From: Snowella sp.
GTDB lineage: Bacteria; Cyanobacteriota; Cyanobacteriia; Cyanobacteriales; Microcystaceae
Direction: 5' to 3'
Length of the DNA stretch: 64,000 nucleotides
Assembly (NCBI GenBank): GCA_035285545.1
Contig: JAYKGY010000070.1
Coordinates: forward strand, 1-64,000
Within the stretch, counting starts at the first letter, position 1. Each line of letters begins with the position of its first letter. The notes beneath the pieces were generated by a model that saw nothing but the letters and a program-made list of their open reading frames with translations, was not told the origin of the DNA and did not search any database. Shown one piece after another: positions 49,069 to 59,693 of the stretch. The translations under genes were made by a program, and so were the position numbers.

Positions 49069-50199
49069 CTAGCAATTAACTTCTTCAATGCGGGAAGTGG
49101 TAAAGCGATTCATCCAATTTTCTAGATAAGCGCGATTGGCTTTCCGTTCTTCTAAATTTTGCGTATCCATTGGGTAGGGAGCTAAACCCCTAATTGCAGC
49201 CGTCGTGACACAAAACATGGATTTTTGGAAGGTTTCACAAATTTTGACTAATAAATCGTCTTCCTGGCGATCGCTGTTTTGATAGATCTGATGGAGATAA
49301 TCGGGGAGAAAATGACGCATATCCTGCATTAACAACGTTGGCGGAATACCAGCCCCACCGATGGGCAACGGATCGGCATATAAAGCCCCATAGGTAAAGG
49401 ATTCTTGATCAGGTGGAATTTGGTAAGCCTGAGCATTAAAGGAAACTGTTCCTGGAAAGGGTGTTCCGCGAAAGAAAACTGCCTCAACGTAGGGAACCGC
49501 CGTATCCATTAAGAAGGTCAGACCCGCAGAGGGTGGAAGCACGGGGTAAACCTGTTGACCAATTTTGACTTGATAGGTAATCGGTTTGGCCGCATCTTTC
49601 ACTAAACCATCTTGGATATATTGAACCACTTGGGGAATGGTTTTAATTTTGCCTTGATCGTAAAGATCCGAAAGGCTTAAAAATATATCCGCCATCACTC
49701 GCCAAAATTGCCCTAAACCCGAATAATAGGCCATCATTCGCATTTGTTCGGGTAAAAATTCAGGAAAAATTTTGTGTAAGGTTGAAATGAATAAATTGCC
49801 TTTAATTTTAGCTTGAATTACCTTTTCAATATTCTGACGAAACTCTTCGCTGTCTAAATAATTATCTAGTCCTCCCCCACCATGCCAAAGCATCGTTTTC
49901 ATGCAATATTCTGCATATTCAAAATTAATGCGATCGTGGCACCAATGTTTCCATAATTGATTTAACGAAACCTGACCATTAAAGTATTTAAAAAAAGGAA
50001 ATAACACTAAAAATTGATGCTCAGCAATATAAATTAAATTGTGAGAATAACTATCTAAAACCACCCCATAACTTTTCAGAATGCCCACCACTTCAGTGAC
50101 ATTTTCAGGAGAATCTTTCAGTAAGGCTTCGCCCGTTTCTAACTGGGAAATGTAATCGGCGAGGGGATGTTTAGAGGCTTCTAAAAGGGTCTTGGGCAT
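49069..50199 (-). CDS. cupB: CO2 hydration protein CupB/ChpX
   Basis: HDRINFEYAEYC and GAGIPPTLLMQDM motifs; 376 aa; follows ndhF4-ndhD4. Confidence 0.92.
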   Translation of the reverse strand: MPKTLLEASKHPLADYISQLETGEALLKDSPENVTEVVGILKSYGVVLDSYSHNLIYIAEHQFLVLFPFFKYFNGQVSLNQLWKHWCHDRINFEYAEYCMKTMLWHGGGGLDNYLDSEEFRQNIEKVIQAKIKGNLFISTLHKIFPEFLPEQMRMMAYYSGLGQFWRVMADIFLSLSDLYDQGKIKTIPQVVQYIQDGLVKDAAKPITYQVKIGQQVYPVLPPSAGLTFLMDTAVPYVEAVFFRGTPFPGTVSFNAQAYQIPPDQESFTYGALYADPLPIGGAGIPPTLLMQDMRHFLPDYLHQIYQNSDRQEDDLLVKICETFQKSMFCVTTAAIRGLAPYPMDTQNLEERKANRAYLENWMNRFTTSRIEEVNC

Positions 50200-50248
50200 G
50201 GTTAAAGGCGAATATTTTAATCAATTTTATCAAATCGTCGAGGCTTGA

Positions 50249-51763
50249 TTAGGAATCGGAGCGGGTAAAGGATAATACAGGTTGCATCGGTAAGGTTGCG
50301 ATATCGGAAGAACCTGTTAATAAAACTGCCGCCTGGGGTTCACTCCAACGGGACATCCATTCAGGTTGAATCCCTAAGGCAATAATCAAAACAGCTAAAA
50401 TAACGGCAGGAATGCGCTCTTTCCAAAGAACACGGGGTAATTTCGATAGTTCTGGGGTTAAACGGCCAAAAAAGACGCGATTAACCATTAACAGAAAATA
50501 AACGGCGGTTAGTCCACTAGCGACTAAACATAATAGGGTTTGAATGGGAAAAATCGGAAAACTACCCCGAAAAACGAGAAACTCTGCAATAAAGCCAACC
50601 ATGCCAGGAATTCCCGCGCTGGCCATTACCCCTAAAATCATTAAGGTTCCCGTAATCGGTAAACCCCGTTCAGGAGCGAGTAAACCCCGTAAATAGTTAA
50701 CGTCACGGCTTCCCGTTTTCTTATAGACAATCCCCACAAGCAAAAACAACATGGCAGAAATTAAACCATGACTAATCATTTGGCAATTGGCGGCAACAAT
50801 ACTGAGACGGGTACTGGCGGCGGCGGCGAGTAAAATATAGGCCATGTGAGAAATAGAGGAATACGCAACCACTTTTTTCATGTCCTGTTGAGCGATCGCG
50901 CAGGAGGCTCCATAGAGGGCACTAATGGCGGCTAGGGTGGCTAAATAGGGCGCAATCAAAACCCAAGCATCCAAAAATAACCCAACGCCAAAGCGTAATA
51001 AGCCGTAGGTTCCGAGTTTGAGTAAAACCCCTGCTAATAAAACAGAAACGGGAGTGGAGGCTTCAACGTGGGCATCGGGTAACCAGGTATGGAAGGGAAA
51101 GATGGGAATTTTAATGGCTAAACCAATGAGTAAGGGAATGAGCAGTAATAATTGGGTACTGATGGGCAATAACTGCGATCGCGAAGGATCATAATCAAAA
51201 GTCGGCGAATGGGTAATCCAAACCCAACCGAGGAAGGAAACGAGGACTAAAAAACCTGAAACTGCGGTGTAGAGTAAAAATTTCATGGCCGCATAGCCCC
51301 GCCGCTCTCCTCCCCAAATGGCAATTAAGAAATACAACGGAATGATTTCTAACTCATAAAAAAGGAAAAATAGTAATAAATCTTGGGCTAAAAATGCACC
51401 TGCTACGCCACCACTTAAAAGCAAAATTAGGGAATAATAAAAACGAGGACGGGGAAGGGTTTCATTACTGCTGTAAATGGCAATGAGGGTTAATAAACTA
51501 TTGAGACAGAGTAGGGGAAAAGATAGGCCATCAACGGCTAAATGGTAACTTAAACCAATATTCTCAATCCAAGGAAAATACTCCACTAACTGCATTTCAG
51601 GATTACTCGCATCAAACTGAAACCCTAGAATCAGGTTAAAAACTAAAATTACACTACTAAAAATTAACGCCAGATTCCGCGATCGCGCTCCTTCCCCAAT
51701 ACCAGGAACAAAGGCAATGATTGCAGCACTGAAAATCGGAATCCAAACTAAAACACTGAGCAT
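50249..51763 (-). CDS. ndhD4: NDH-1 subunit D4
   Basis: PFHTWLPDAHVEA NuoM motif; operon context with cupB. Confidence 0.88.
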   Translation of the reverse strand: MLSVLVWIPIFSAAIIAFVPGIGEGARSRNLALIFSSVILVFNLILGFQFDASNPEMQLVEYFPWIENIGLSYHLAVDGLSFPLLCLNSLLTLIAIYSSNETLPRPRFYYSLILLLSGGVAGAFLAQDLLLFFLFYELEIIPLYFLIAIWGGERRGYAAMKFLLYTAVSGFLVLVSFLGWVWITHSPTFDYDPSRSQLLPISTQLLLLIPLLIGLAIKIPIFPFHTWLPDAHVEASTPVSVLLAGVLLKLGTYGLLRFGVGLFLDAWVLIAPYLATLAAISALYGASCAIAQQDMKKVVAYSSISHMAYILLAAAASTRLSIVAANCQMISHGLISAMLFLLVGIVYKKTGSRDVNYLRGLLAPERGLPITGTLMILGVMASAGIPGMVGFIAEFLVFRGSFPIFPIQTLLCLVASGLTAVYFLLMVNRVFFGRLTPELSKLPRVLWKERIPAVILAVLIIALGIQPEWMSRWSEPQAAVLLTGSSDIATLPMQPVLSFTRSDS

Positions 51764-51824
51764 AGGAATATCAATTTCTTGGGTTAAAAGGCGTTAAAAA
51801 ATATAATTAATGGTAGATATTGGT

Positions 51825-53726
51825 TTAAGAAATAGAAATTAAAGAAGACCAAAACTGGGTAATGGTTGCCCATTGAGTATTAATAATTAACCCCAGTAGC
51901 AAACTAACACCAATCACAATGGTTAAGACATAAAATTGGGATTGTCCTGACGTATTATATTTAAGCGCATTGCCACTAAAAACCGTTGCTAAACTGACTA
52001 AATTGACTGCGCCATCAACCACATAACGATCCAACCAAGCCGTTAAGCGAGATAGGGCAGCAACCGCCGCAACGATGGTTTTTGCATAAATTTCTGCCAA
52101 ATAAAAATCATAGGAAAATAAATCTTGGAAAAAGCGGATATATAATTGGCTGGATCTCGCTAAAGAACGGCGTAAGACCATCAGAAAGCCAATAGAGCAG
52201 CCTAAAATACCAGAAACAATCAGTAAGGGCATTGACCATTGAGCGATCCAGGCATCTTGATTGCTAAGGGGATTCGTTGGAGAAAGCCATAAAGGCCAAC
52301 GAAGAGGAACAATGGGAGCCGCTAGGGTTGCTAGGGTTAATGTCACCATCGGAAAAGCCATCGGCCAGGGTACTTCTGGGGTACGGCGGGTTTTACTCTG
52401 GGGTTTTCCTAAAAAGACCAGGCGAAAAACACGGGTTAAATTCAGAGCCGAAAGGGTATTAAAAAAGAGCAGCAAAGCAAATAGGGGCCAAGGAATTTCC
52501 CAGGAGCCATTTAACCAACGTTGCCATGTCCAGAACATCCCCAAGGGCAATAGGCTAAGTAATCCCAAGGAACCGACAACAAACGCGGAGGTGGTCGCTG
52601 GCATCTTTGACCATAGGCCCCCCATTTCCGTAATGTTTTGATTACTAGTCGTCGCAATAATGGAACCAATACTCATAAAGAGGAGGGCTTTGGCGATCGC
52701 GTGGGTAAAGAGGATTAAAAAGGCAATATCCACATGGCCCAATCCAACCGCCACAAACACTAATCCCAAATAGGCACTGGTGGAGTGGGATAGGGTTCGT
52801 TTAATATCGGTTTGCGCGATCGCGATGAAAGAGGTGGTAATCGTCGTGACAGTCCCTAAAACAATTAACGTATTCGAGGCGACGGGAGAAAGGGCAAAAA
52901 CAGGCTGTAATTTGATAAGAACATAAGCCCCAGCCGATACGACGATAGAATTTCGCATAATTCCTGCGGGATTGGGGCCTTCCATTGCCTCATCTAACCA
53001 CAGGTTCAAAGGAAATTGGGCACACTTACCCGTTGGCCCAGCGATTAAGGATAAACCTAATAAGGTTGCGGTAAAGGTAGGAATGGGATAATTATTTGCC
53101 CAAGCTTCTAACTGAGAAAAAGTTAACCCTTCGCCATAGGTCGATAAGGCCACTAAACCCATCAGTAAAATAATGTCGCCGACCCGTTTGGTTAAAAACG
53201 CATCTCGCGCCGCACCGACCACCAAGGGCTGAGCATACCAAAACCCCACCAAAAGATAGGTCGATAAAGTCAGCATTTCTAGGAGAGCATAACTGAGAAA
53301 TAAGGAGTCACTCAGAGAAATCCCCCCTAAAGCCGCTTCAAAAAAACCAATTAGACCATAAAATCGTCCTAATGACCAATCTTTCTCCATATAACCCAGA
53401 GCGTAAATCTGAGCCAGTAGGCTGATTCCTGTGATGACCTCTAACGCGCCTAAACTCACGGGAGAGAGTTCAATGGATAAGGATAAATCCAAATCTGCTA
53501 CCTTGAGCCAATCAAAAACCAGTTGTTGGCTTTGTCCCTGCCAAATAGAAACAAACGCGATCGATCCATGAATCACCGCCAGTAGGGTCATCAAAATATT
53601 TAAATAGGCGGCTGGACGAGATCCCGTGCGTCGGATCAAACCCAATGACCAAGGAAGCGTCACAAATGAGCCAATTAAGCCATAAAAAGGAATAAACCAA
53701 CTATTTTGCAGGAGAAAGTTAGTCAT
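51825..53726 (-). CDS. ndhF4: NDH-1 subunit F4
   Basis: KCAQFPLNLWLDEAMEGPNP motif; operon context. Confidence 0.88.
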   Translation of the reverse strand: MTNFLLQNSWFIPFYGLIGSFVTLPWSLGLIRRTGSRPAAYLNILMTLLAVIHGSIAFVSIWQGQSQQLVFDWLKVADLDLSLSIELSPVSLGALEVITGISLLAQIYALGYMEKDWSLGRFYGLIGFFEAALGGISLSDSLFLSYALLEMLTLSTYLLVGFWYAQPLVVGAARDAFLTKRVGDIILLMGLVALSTYGEGLTFSQLEAWANNYPIPTFTATLLGLSLIAGPTGKCAQFPLNLWLDEAMEGPNPAGIMRNSIVVSAGAYVLIKLQPVFALSPVASNTLIVLGTVTTITTSFIAIAQTDIKRTLSHSTSAYLGLVFVAVGLGHVDIAFLILFTHAIAKALLFMSIGSIIATTSNQNITEMGGLWSKMPATTSAFVVGSLGLLSLLPLGMFWTWQRWLNGSWEIPWPLFALLLFFNTLSALNLTRVFRLVFLGKPQSKTRRTPEVPWPMAFPMVTLTLATLAAPIVPLRWPLWLSPTNPLSNQDAWIAQWSMPLLIVSGILGCSIGFLMVLRRSLARSSQLYIRFFQDLFSYDFYLAEIYAKTIVAAVAALSRLTAWLDRYVVDGAVNLVSLATVFSGNALKYNTSGQSQFYVLTIVIGVSLLLGLIINTQWATITQFWSSLISIS

Positions 53727-53979
53727 TATTGATGTTTTTATATAAAAATTTTCTTAAAAGATAGCGATCGCATCCCAATCCTACGCTACAGTAGCTTAAG
53801 TCTCTTGACAAGCCTCGTTATAGAGATTAATCGATAATTATCCTCGATATTACGCTTTAGTTTTTTTGATAGATTTGCAGATAATCTACATATTCAAGCG
53901 TGCAAAACGGAAGAAAATGATATTTTTTAAAATCACCTAACCCATCAAACGATTGACCACTTGTTTAAAAATTGTGGTA

Positions 53980-54345
53980 CTAGGAATGAATCTGTAAATA
54001 GCTTAGTAACCAATTCGCAGCCGTTGCTCTGCGGGTTTGCCTTGGCCCAAATTCTCCAATTTTATAGCCCTTAAATCCTAATTTTTCCTTAAGTAATTGC
54101 TTATTTTCAGGCGGGATAGAACGGGTTAATTTAACCGTTGGTGGACGATTAGCAATAAAGTCCGGCGGCTCAGGATACTCATTACGCCAATCTTCTTCAA
54201 CCTGTTGATTATCCCAAGTTTGAGCCTCAGAATTGTAGCGGTAGCCTAAATAATAGGCAACCAAATGATTAACGGTTTCATCGCTGATCTCTTCATTCAG
54301 AATTGCCCAAATGGTTTCTGTGTTTAAAGGCGGTAAAGAATTCAT
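53980..54345 (-). CDS. DUF1823 family cyanobacterial protein
   Basis: YLGYRY, VKLTRSIP.ENKQLLKEKLGFKGY and RRATAANWLL motifs. Confidence 0.8.
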   Translation of the reverse strand: MNSLPPLNTETIWAILNEEISDETVNHLVAYYLGYRYNSEAQTWDNQQVEEDWRNEYPEPPDFIANRPPTVKLTRSIPPENKQLLKEKLGFKGYKIGEFGPRQTRRATAANWLLSYLQIHS

Positions 54346-54859
54346 AATAATTTCTTAAATTTTTAAGCTGTAGGGATTGCTTAATTAAAGTCAGCGATCG
54401 CTATTTTAACCTAACTTATCTCCAGTACGGGAGCCTAAATCGTTTTTAAGCTTTAATCCTAAAGATTGAAACTCAAATTCACTGTCGTACATACTTCAGT
54501 TCTTGATTTAAAAGACGTAACAAAAAATTGTAATAATGTGTAAAATATAGTGTTCTCGTTCTGGAATATATCGTGTCCTGATCCCATCCCATAACTTTTA
54601 GCCGTTCGATTTTGGAATTTTGGTAAAACTTGAGCAATACAAATTTTTCAAACTTCGTGTACTGTTTTAGAATTCTATATTTACTCTAAGCTATCCACAT
54701 ATTGAAATTTCAGATAAACAGGATGTTTTGCGGGATACTCAAGCGATAAGCGACAAGTAGAAGATGATTACTTAGGGCTATCTTATTTCGTTTGGGTGAT
54801 AAAAATATGGAGGCAATAGCGTTAGGACTAATGGCTCATCTGAAATAAAGACTTGGGAC

Positions 54860-56233
54860 TTAATATTTTATAGTTTGAAGCAGTGGAATAAGGGATAAAT
54901 TAGGTTGACAGCAATAATCTAATAATTCTTCAATATCTTTGACAGTAAAAATAGGAACTTTAAGCGCACAAGCTACATCCTCAACCGTCAGATCATCCAA
55001 GAACTTTGTATCCTCATGTTTGAGCATTAAAGACGGTAATAAAATTCCTTGTCCCAAATCTTTATCTTTTAATCCGTCAATTAAATCTTGGCCTGTTAAT
55101 AAACCTGTGACGGTAATTTCTTGTCCCCAATAATGACTCCGTAAAGGGGCTAAGGTAATCTTTAATCCTTCCACTTGATTTAATCGATTGACTAACGGTT
55201 CAAAGGCTTTTTCGACTGCATTGCCGACGACCCAGATTAGCTGTTTGGGTTGCTCAATTCGTTGGGGTAATTTACTTTCAGCCAGATCGATAAAATGTTT
55301 AATAAATTGACGAATAGAACCCACTCCATTACCGATTTGGGGATAGTCTTCGTAGTGGGATTCGGGCGGTAATTCAGTTTGGGCGATTAGAAACCATTCA
55401 TCCGCTAACCAGGCAAAATGACTTTTAAACTTTTTCTGAAATTTAACTTGTAACGCTTGGACTTGTTCAATGACTTCCAAGGCTTTTTCTCGACTAACGG
55501 GAATTAATTCATCTTCAACGGGGCGAAAACGGGTTAACCCAACAGGAACGACTGCTGCCGAAATGACGGTGGGAATCTCACCTGAATGGAAGTTAGCTAA
55601 ATCCAGTAAGGTTCTTTCTAAATGGATGCCGTCGTTAATGCCTGGACAAACAACCACTTGGGCATGAATTTGTAAACGTCTTTCTTGGAACCATTTTAAG
55701 TGATCCAATAATTGCCCTGCCCGTTGATTTTTGAGTAAGCGAATTCTAATATCTGGTTCCGTTGCATGGACAGAAACATAGAGGGGAGAAAGGCGCATTT
55801 GCTCGATGCGTTGCCATTCTTTTTGACTTAAATTAGTGAGGGTTAAATAACTACCGTAAAGAAAACTGAGGCGATAATCATCATCTTTTAAATACAAACT
55901 TTCCCGTTTGCCAGGGGGCTGTTGATCAATAAAACAAAAAGGACAGCGATTATTACATTGAATTAAATTATCAAATAGAGCGGTTTCAAAACTTAAACCC
56001 AGATCTTCATCGCAATCTTTTTCAATTTCCAGGTGGTGGGTTTTCCCTTTGCTATCTAATACTTCTAATTCTAAATATTCATCGGCACAGAGAAATTGAT
56101 AGTCAATTAAATCCCTGGGTCTCATGCCATTAATGGACACGATCGCGTCACCTGGTTCAAAGCCCATTTCTTCCGCGATCGAATCAGGCATTACGGCATT
56201 AATTTTGGCAGGTCGAATCGCGATTTCACTCAT
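54860..56233 (-). CDS. PDZ-containing radical-SAM-like Fe-S protein (TIGR03279/DUF512 type)
   Basis: N-terminal PDZ-like segment, CNNRCPFC and KDDDYRLSFLYGSY motifs. Confidence 0.85.
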   Translation of the reverse strand: MSEIAIRPAKINAVMPDSIAEEMGFEPGDAIVSINGMRPRDLIDYQFLCADEYLELEVLDSKGKTHHLEIEKDCDEDLGLSFETALFDNLIQCNNRCPFCFIDQQPPGKRESLYLKDDDYRLSFLYGSYLTLTNLSQKEWQRIEQMRLSPLYVSVHATEPDIRIRLLKNQRAGQLLDHLKWFQERRLQIHAQVVVCPGINDGIHLERTLLDLANFHSGEIPTVISAAVVPVGLTRFRPVEDELIPVSREKALEVIEQVQALQVKFQKKFKSHFAWLADEWFLIAQTELPPESHYEDYPQIGNGVGSIRQFIKHFIDLAESKLPQRIEQPKQLIWVVGNAVEKAFEPLVNRLNQVEGLKITLAPLRSHYWGQEITVTGLLTGQDLIDGLKDKDLGQGILLPSLMLKHEDTKFLDDLTVEDVACALKVPIFTVKDIEELLDYCCQPNLSLIPLLQTIKY

Positions 56234-56275
56234 AGTATGCTGACAATGGTTTGCCTATTTCCACAATTTGAGATC

Positions 56276-56357
56276 GCCCCCTAAATCCCCCAATACTGGG
56301 GGACTGTACGAACATTGTAATCCCTAAGTTCCTCCAAAGCTGGGGGGCTAGGGGGGC
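56276..56357. repeat. Inverted pair of the CCCCCTAAATCCCCC..GGGGGACT intergenic repeat
   Basis: GCCCCCTAAATCCCCCAATACTGGGGGACT ... AAGTTCCTCCAAAGCTGGGGGGCTAGGGGGGC. Confidence 0.7.
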
Positions 56358-56364
56358 AAAAACA

Positions 56365-58476
56365 TTAAGCTTCTACCAACTCATAGGGACGGGTCAACCG
56401 ATCCAACTGTTGTACCAAAAGACTGAGGAATAGACCCACATCGGTTACCACACCAATGGACTCGACGGAACCGCGATCGCTGAGTTTGGTAACAACGGCT
56501 GGATTAATATCTACACAAACCATTTTCACGCCCGCAGGAGTCATATTTCCCACGCCAATGGAGTGCAACATACTCGACAGCATTAACACCATATCGGCTC
56601 CCTGGAGCAACTCAGCGTAACGGCTTTGGGCTTGGATCAGATCCATGATGGTGTCGGGTAAGGGGCCATCATCCCGAATCGAACCGGCCAGGGCAAAGGG
56701 GATATCATTTTTCACACATTCGTACATTACGCCTTTGGTGACTAACCCTTTTTCAACCGCATTAGCGATACTGCCATAACGACGAATGGTATTAATCACT
56801 TTTAGGTGGTGACGATGGCCGCCACGCACAGGAATGCCCCGTTGCATATCAACTCCCAAGGAAGTTCCCATCATGGCTTGTTCCATATCGTGAACCGCGA
56901 TCGCGTTACCGCCTAAGAGAGCATGGACATAGCCGCCCCGAATTAAACGGGATAAATGTTGCGCTCCCCCAGTATGAATCACCACAGGCCCCGCCGTTAC
57001 GATGATTTTTCCACCCTGGTCACGAATTTGGCGCATTTCCCAGGCGATCTGTTCAACCAGTAATTCCACCCGTCGTTCGCTAGAAACCCCCGATCCCATA
57101 AAGGAGAATTCTTTGCTTTCTTTGCGATTATTATCGTGGGACTCAACTTTTTTCACTGTCCGAATCCCTTCTACACCGACCATCACGCGATCGCCGGCTT
57201 TGAGGTCTCGTAATAAAACACATTCCGCACTGAGATTATCGTAGTTCACCCGAATGGCTGCATCCATGCGTTGATTTTGTACCCGTACCCATTCGCAATT
57301 TACCCGAACTTCCGTGGGATAAATGGTACTGACATAAAAATCATCGGGAGCAACCCCATCTTGGGCCACTACAGCGGTATTAATATCACAGAGTTCCTGA
57401 GGGGGAGGAACCGCTCCCAAATCGATCAACTCGGTCATGATTTCTTCGAGGATCTGATGGGAAGGCGCGGAAACCCGAACTTCTGCACTGGAAATACTAT
57501 TGCGCTCTACCCCTAAATTAAAGTTGAGAACCCGGAAACTGCCGCTATTTTCAACCACTAAATCTAAGGCTTGATTGAGTAACCCCGCATCTAATAAATG
57601 ACCTTCCATGCGGATCACACGACTTTCAATGGTGACATTGGCGTGAACATCTTCCAGAATTGGCTCGGTTACTCGCAGGGTTAAACATTTAGCCGCTCCC
57701 CCTGCCTTTAAAAATTCACTTAAGGGTGTTTCGATTACCTGAAAGCCAGCCGCTGCCAAGTTCTTTTTCAATCCATCGCTGATTTGATTCATGACAATGG
57801 TATTGCCCACATTAACCGCATTGCAGGCAAAACAAACCGCATCAGCCTCCTCGACAATAATGCGTTTTTCTTCAGGAATTCGCATTTCAATGACGCGATT
57901 AGAGTAGGAATCAAAAGCAGGCGGATAGTAGAGTAAATAGCCGCCCGTTAAGGGACAAAAACAGGTATCTAAGTGATAAAAACGCTCATCAATGAGGCGT
58001 AGAGAAACCACTTCGGTATCTAACCATTTAGCAATATAGGGATGGGAATCCAATTCCGAACGGAAGCCATAGCCCGCCCATAACCAGCGACCTTCGCGAT
58101 CAAACAGGGCATCGCCTGCTCCTTCAAAAGGCAGATCCTGGGGCAACTCGTAAACGGTAAAGCCATTGGCTTCAAACCAAGCTTTGAAATAGGGTTCTTC
58201 CCCTTGACGTTCTTTGTGAAAAAAGCGGCTCAGTACCACGTTATCGCCTAAAACCAACCCTGCATTAGCGGTAAAGACCATATCGGGCCAGCCTTTTGCG
58301 GGTTCGACTAAATCTACAATGGCCAATTCTTTTAATACATGGTGGAGTTTTTGCCATTGTTCTACAGCGCGATCGCGGGAAGACTTGTGAATATTGCCCT
58401 CCATCCAAGGATTAATCACATAATCCACGTCGTAGTGGTCAGGAGGACACATTAATATACGGATAGCATCAGTCAT
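56365..58476 (-). CDS. argZ: Arginine dihydrolase ArgZ/AgrE (amidinotransferase fused to LOR/SDH-ornithine cyclodeaminase-like domain)
   Basis: YVINPWM, PDMVFTAN, FYHLDTC, GGAAKC and LAGSIRDDGPLPD motifs; 703 aa. Confidence 0.9.
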   Translation of the reverse strand: MTDAIRILMCPPDHYDVDYVINPWMEGNIHKSSRDRAVEQWQKLHHVLKELAIVDLVEPAKGWPDMVFTANAGLVLGDNVVLSRFFHKERQGEEPYFKAWFEANGFTVYELPQDLPFEGAGDALFDREGRWLWAGYGFRSELDSHPYIAKWLDTEVVSLRLIDERFYHLDTCFCPLTGGYLLYYPPAFDSYSNRVIEMRIPEEKRIIVEEADAVCFACNAVNVGNTIVMNQISDGLKKNLAAAGFQVIETPLSEFLKAGGAAKCLTLRVTEPILEDVHANVTIESRVIRMEGHLLDAGLLNQALDLVVENSGSFRVLNFNLGVERNSISSAEVRVSAPSHQILEEIMTELIDLGAVPPPQELCDINTAVVAQDGVAPDDFYVSTIYPTEVRVNCEWVRVQNQRMDAAIRVNYDNLSAECVLLRDLKAGDRVMVGVEGIRTVKKVESHDNNRKESKEFSFMGSGVSSERRVELLVEQIAWEMRQIRDQGGKIIVTAGPVVIHTGGAQHLSRLIRGGYVHALLGGNAIAVHDMEQAMMGTSLGVDMQRGIPVRGGHRHHLKVINTIRRYGSIANAVEKGLVTKGVMYECVKNDIPFALAGSIRDDGPLPDTIMDLIQAQSRYAELLQGADMVLMLSSMLHSIGVGNMTPAGVKMVCVDINPAVVTKLSDRGSVESIGVVTDVGLFLSLLVQQLDRLTRPYELVEA

Positions 58477-59104
58477 AGGGGTTTTAAGTTGAGATAATCA
58501 ATATTGAGAATGATTTTTTAGGTCTGGATTTCGCGATCGCGTTGAATAACTTCTGAACATTTAGCCGACAAACCAATTGCTGATCCTATCATATCCAAAT
58601 CTACTTTTTCGTAAGATTTTTTTTAATACTTTTTTTGCATTATTTTGTTGTAAAAAGTACAATTGAGAATCCTTTCTCTATAAATGGAAGTCTGACGGGA
58701 AGTATCGAAACGGTTAATCACGCTTAAAAGGGGCTATCCTCTTAAGTCTTTTCAATTATTTATTTGTAGACTTTTTTAGATTAATTTGCAATTATAAAGG
58801 GATTCAGCTTGGGGTATAAAGCTCAAAAAGATTTTACATTTTATTTAGTTGCTCTACTTAAAAAAACTAAATACAAAAGATTTTTGCAGAAAAAAGAATT
58901 TTGGTTTTAGCAGTAGAATCCGTTTTAAAAATTCAGTTAATTAGCTTACTAGATTCACTCAATTTGCTTCAAGGGAATCGTTTAAACGCTAGAAAAATCC
59001 CTCTTTATGTTGAGGCTTTAAGGCTGAATTTTCTTGCCCCAGGGAGAGGAACTTGGGCGAAGACCGACTTAGCCTAAAAATAAAGCGATAAGGACTATCT
59101 CACT

Positions 59105-59641
59105 ATGACTACATTTGTTGAAAAAATCGAAAGATCAAACGATAATCCGAGAGATCCAAGAAATCGTGAGGTTATTTTACCTGCGCCCGATCCTTACAAT
59201 AGCAATCTAGCAACCCCCATTAATTCTTCTCCGCTGGTTAAAGCTTTTATTAATAATTTGCCTGCCTATCGCCAAGGATTATCTCCCTTTCGCAGAGGAT
59301 TAGAGGTCGGTTTAGCCCACGGTTATTGGCTAATTGGGCCATTTTTTGAATTTAATCCGTTACGCTTAAGCCATCAAGGGGCATTGGTTGCGCTCCTTTC
59401 TACCTTCGGTTTAATTGTGATTTCCACCGGCGCGATCGCGCTTTATGCCGCCAGTAATCCTCCTAATCCAACGGCAACCATTACAGCACCTAATCCGCCT
59501 GAAGCCTTTAATCGTCCCGATGGTTGGTTTAGCTATGCCAAAGGATTTTTGGTCGGCGGTCTTGGCGGTTCGCTCTTTGCCTATCTCATTTTGACCAATG
59601 TGGATGTCTTTAAAAATGCCTTGAGTTTTGCAGGTTTCTAA
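59105..59641 (+). CDS. psaL: Photosystem I subunit XI, divergent PsaL-type
   Basis: NLATPINSS...FINNLPAYRQGLSPFRRGLEVGLAHGY motif. Confidence 0.85.
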   Translation: MTTFVEKIERSNDNPRDPRNREVILPAPDPYNSNLATPINSSPLVKAFINNLPAYRQGLSPFRRGLEVGLAHGYWLIGPFFEFNPLRLSHQGALVALLSTFGLIVISTGAIALYAASNPPNPTATITAPNPPEAFNRPDGWFSYAKGFLVGGLGGSLFAYLILTNVDVFKNALSFAGF

Positions 59642-59655
59642 TGAGTAATACGCCT

Positions 59656-59678
59656 GGGCGTAGCCAATACGCCCCTAT
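59656..59678. terminator. GC hairpin between convergent psaL and glcF (REP-like or terminator)
   Basis: GGGCGTA-GCCAA-TACGCCC. Confidence 0.5.
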
Positions 59679-59693
59679 TCCTTGACAGCACGA

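Noticed and set aside
54346..54859. 510-bp intergenic region with an HLR1-like TTACA pair near 54529-54546
   Set aside because: Mismatched motif in AT-rich DNA, and no ORF or structure I can support
58477..59104. NtcA site expected upstream of argZ
   Set aside because: No convincing GTA-N8-TAC found by eye
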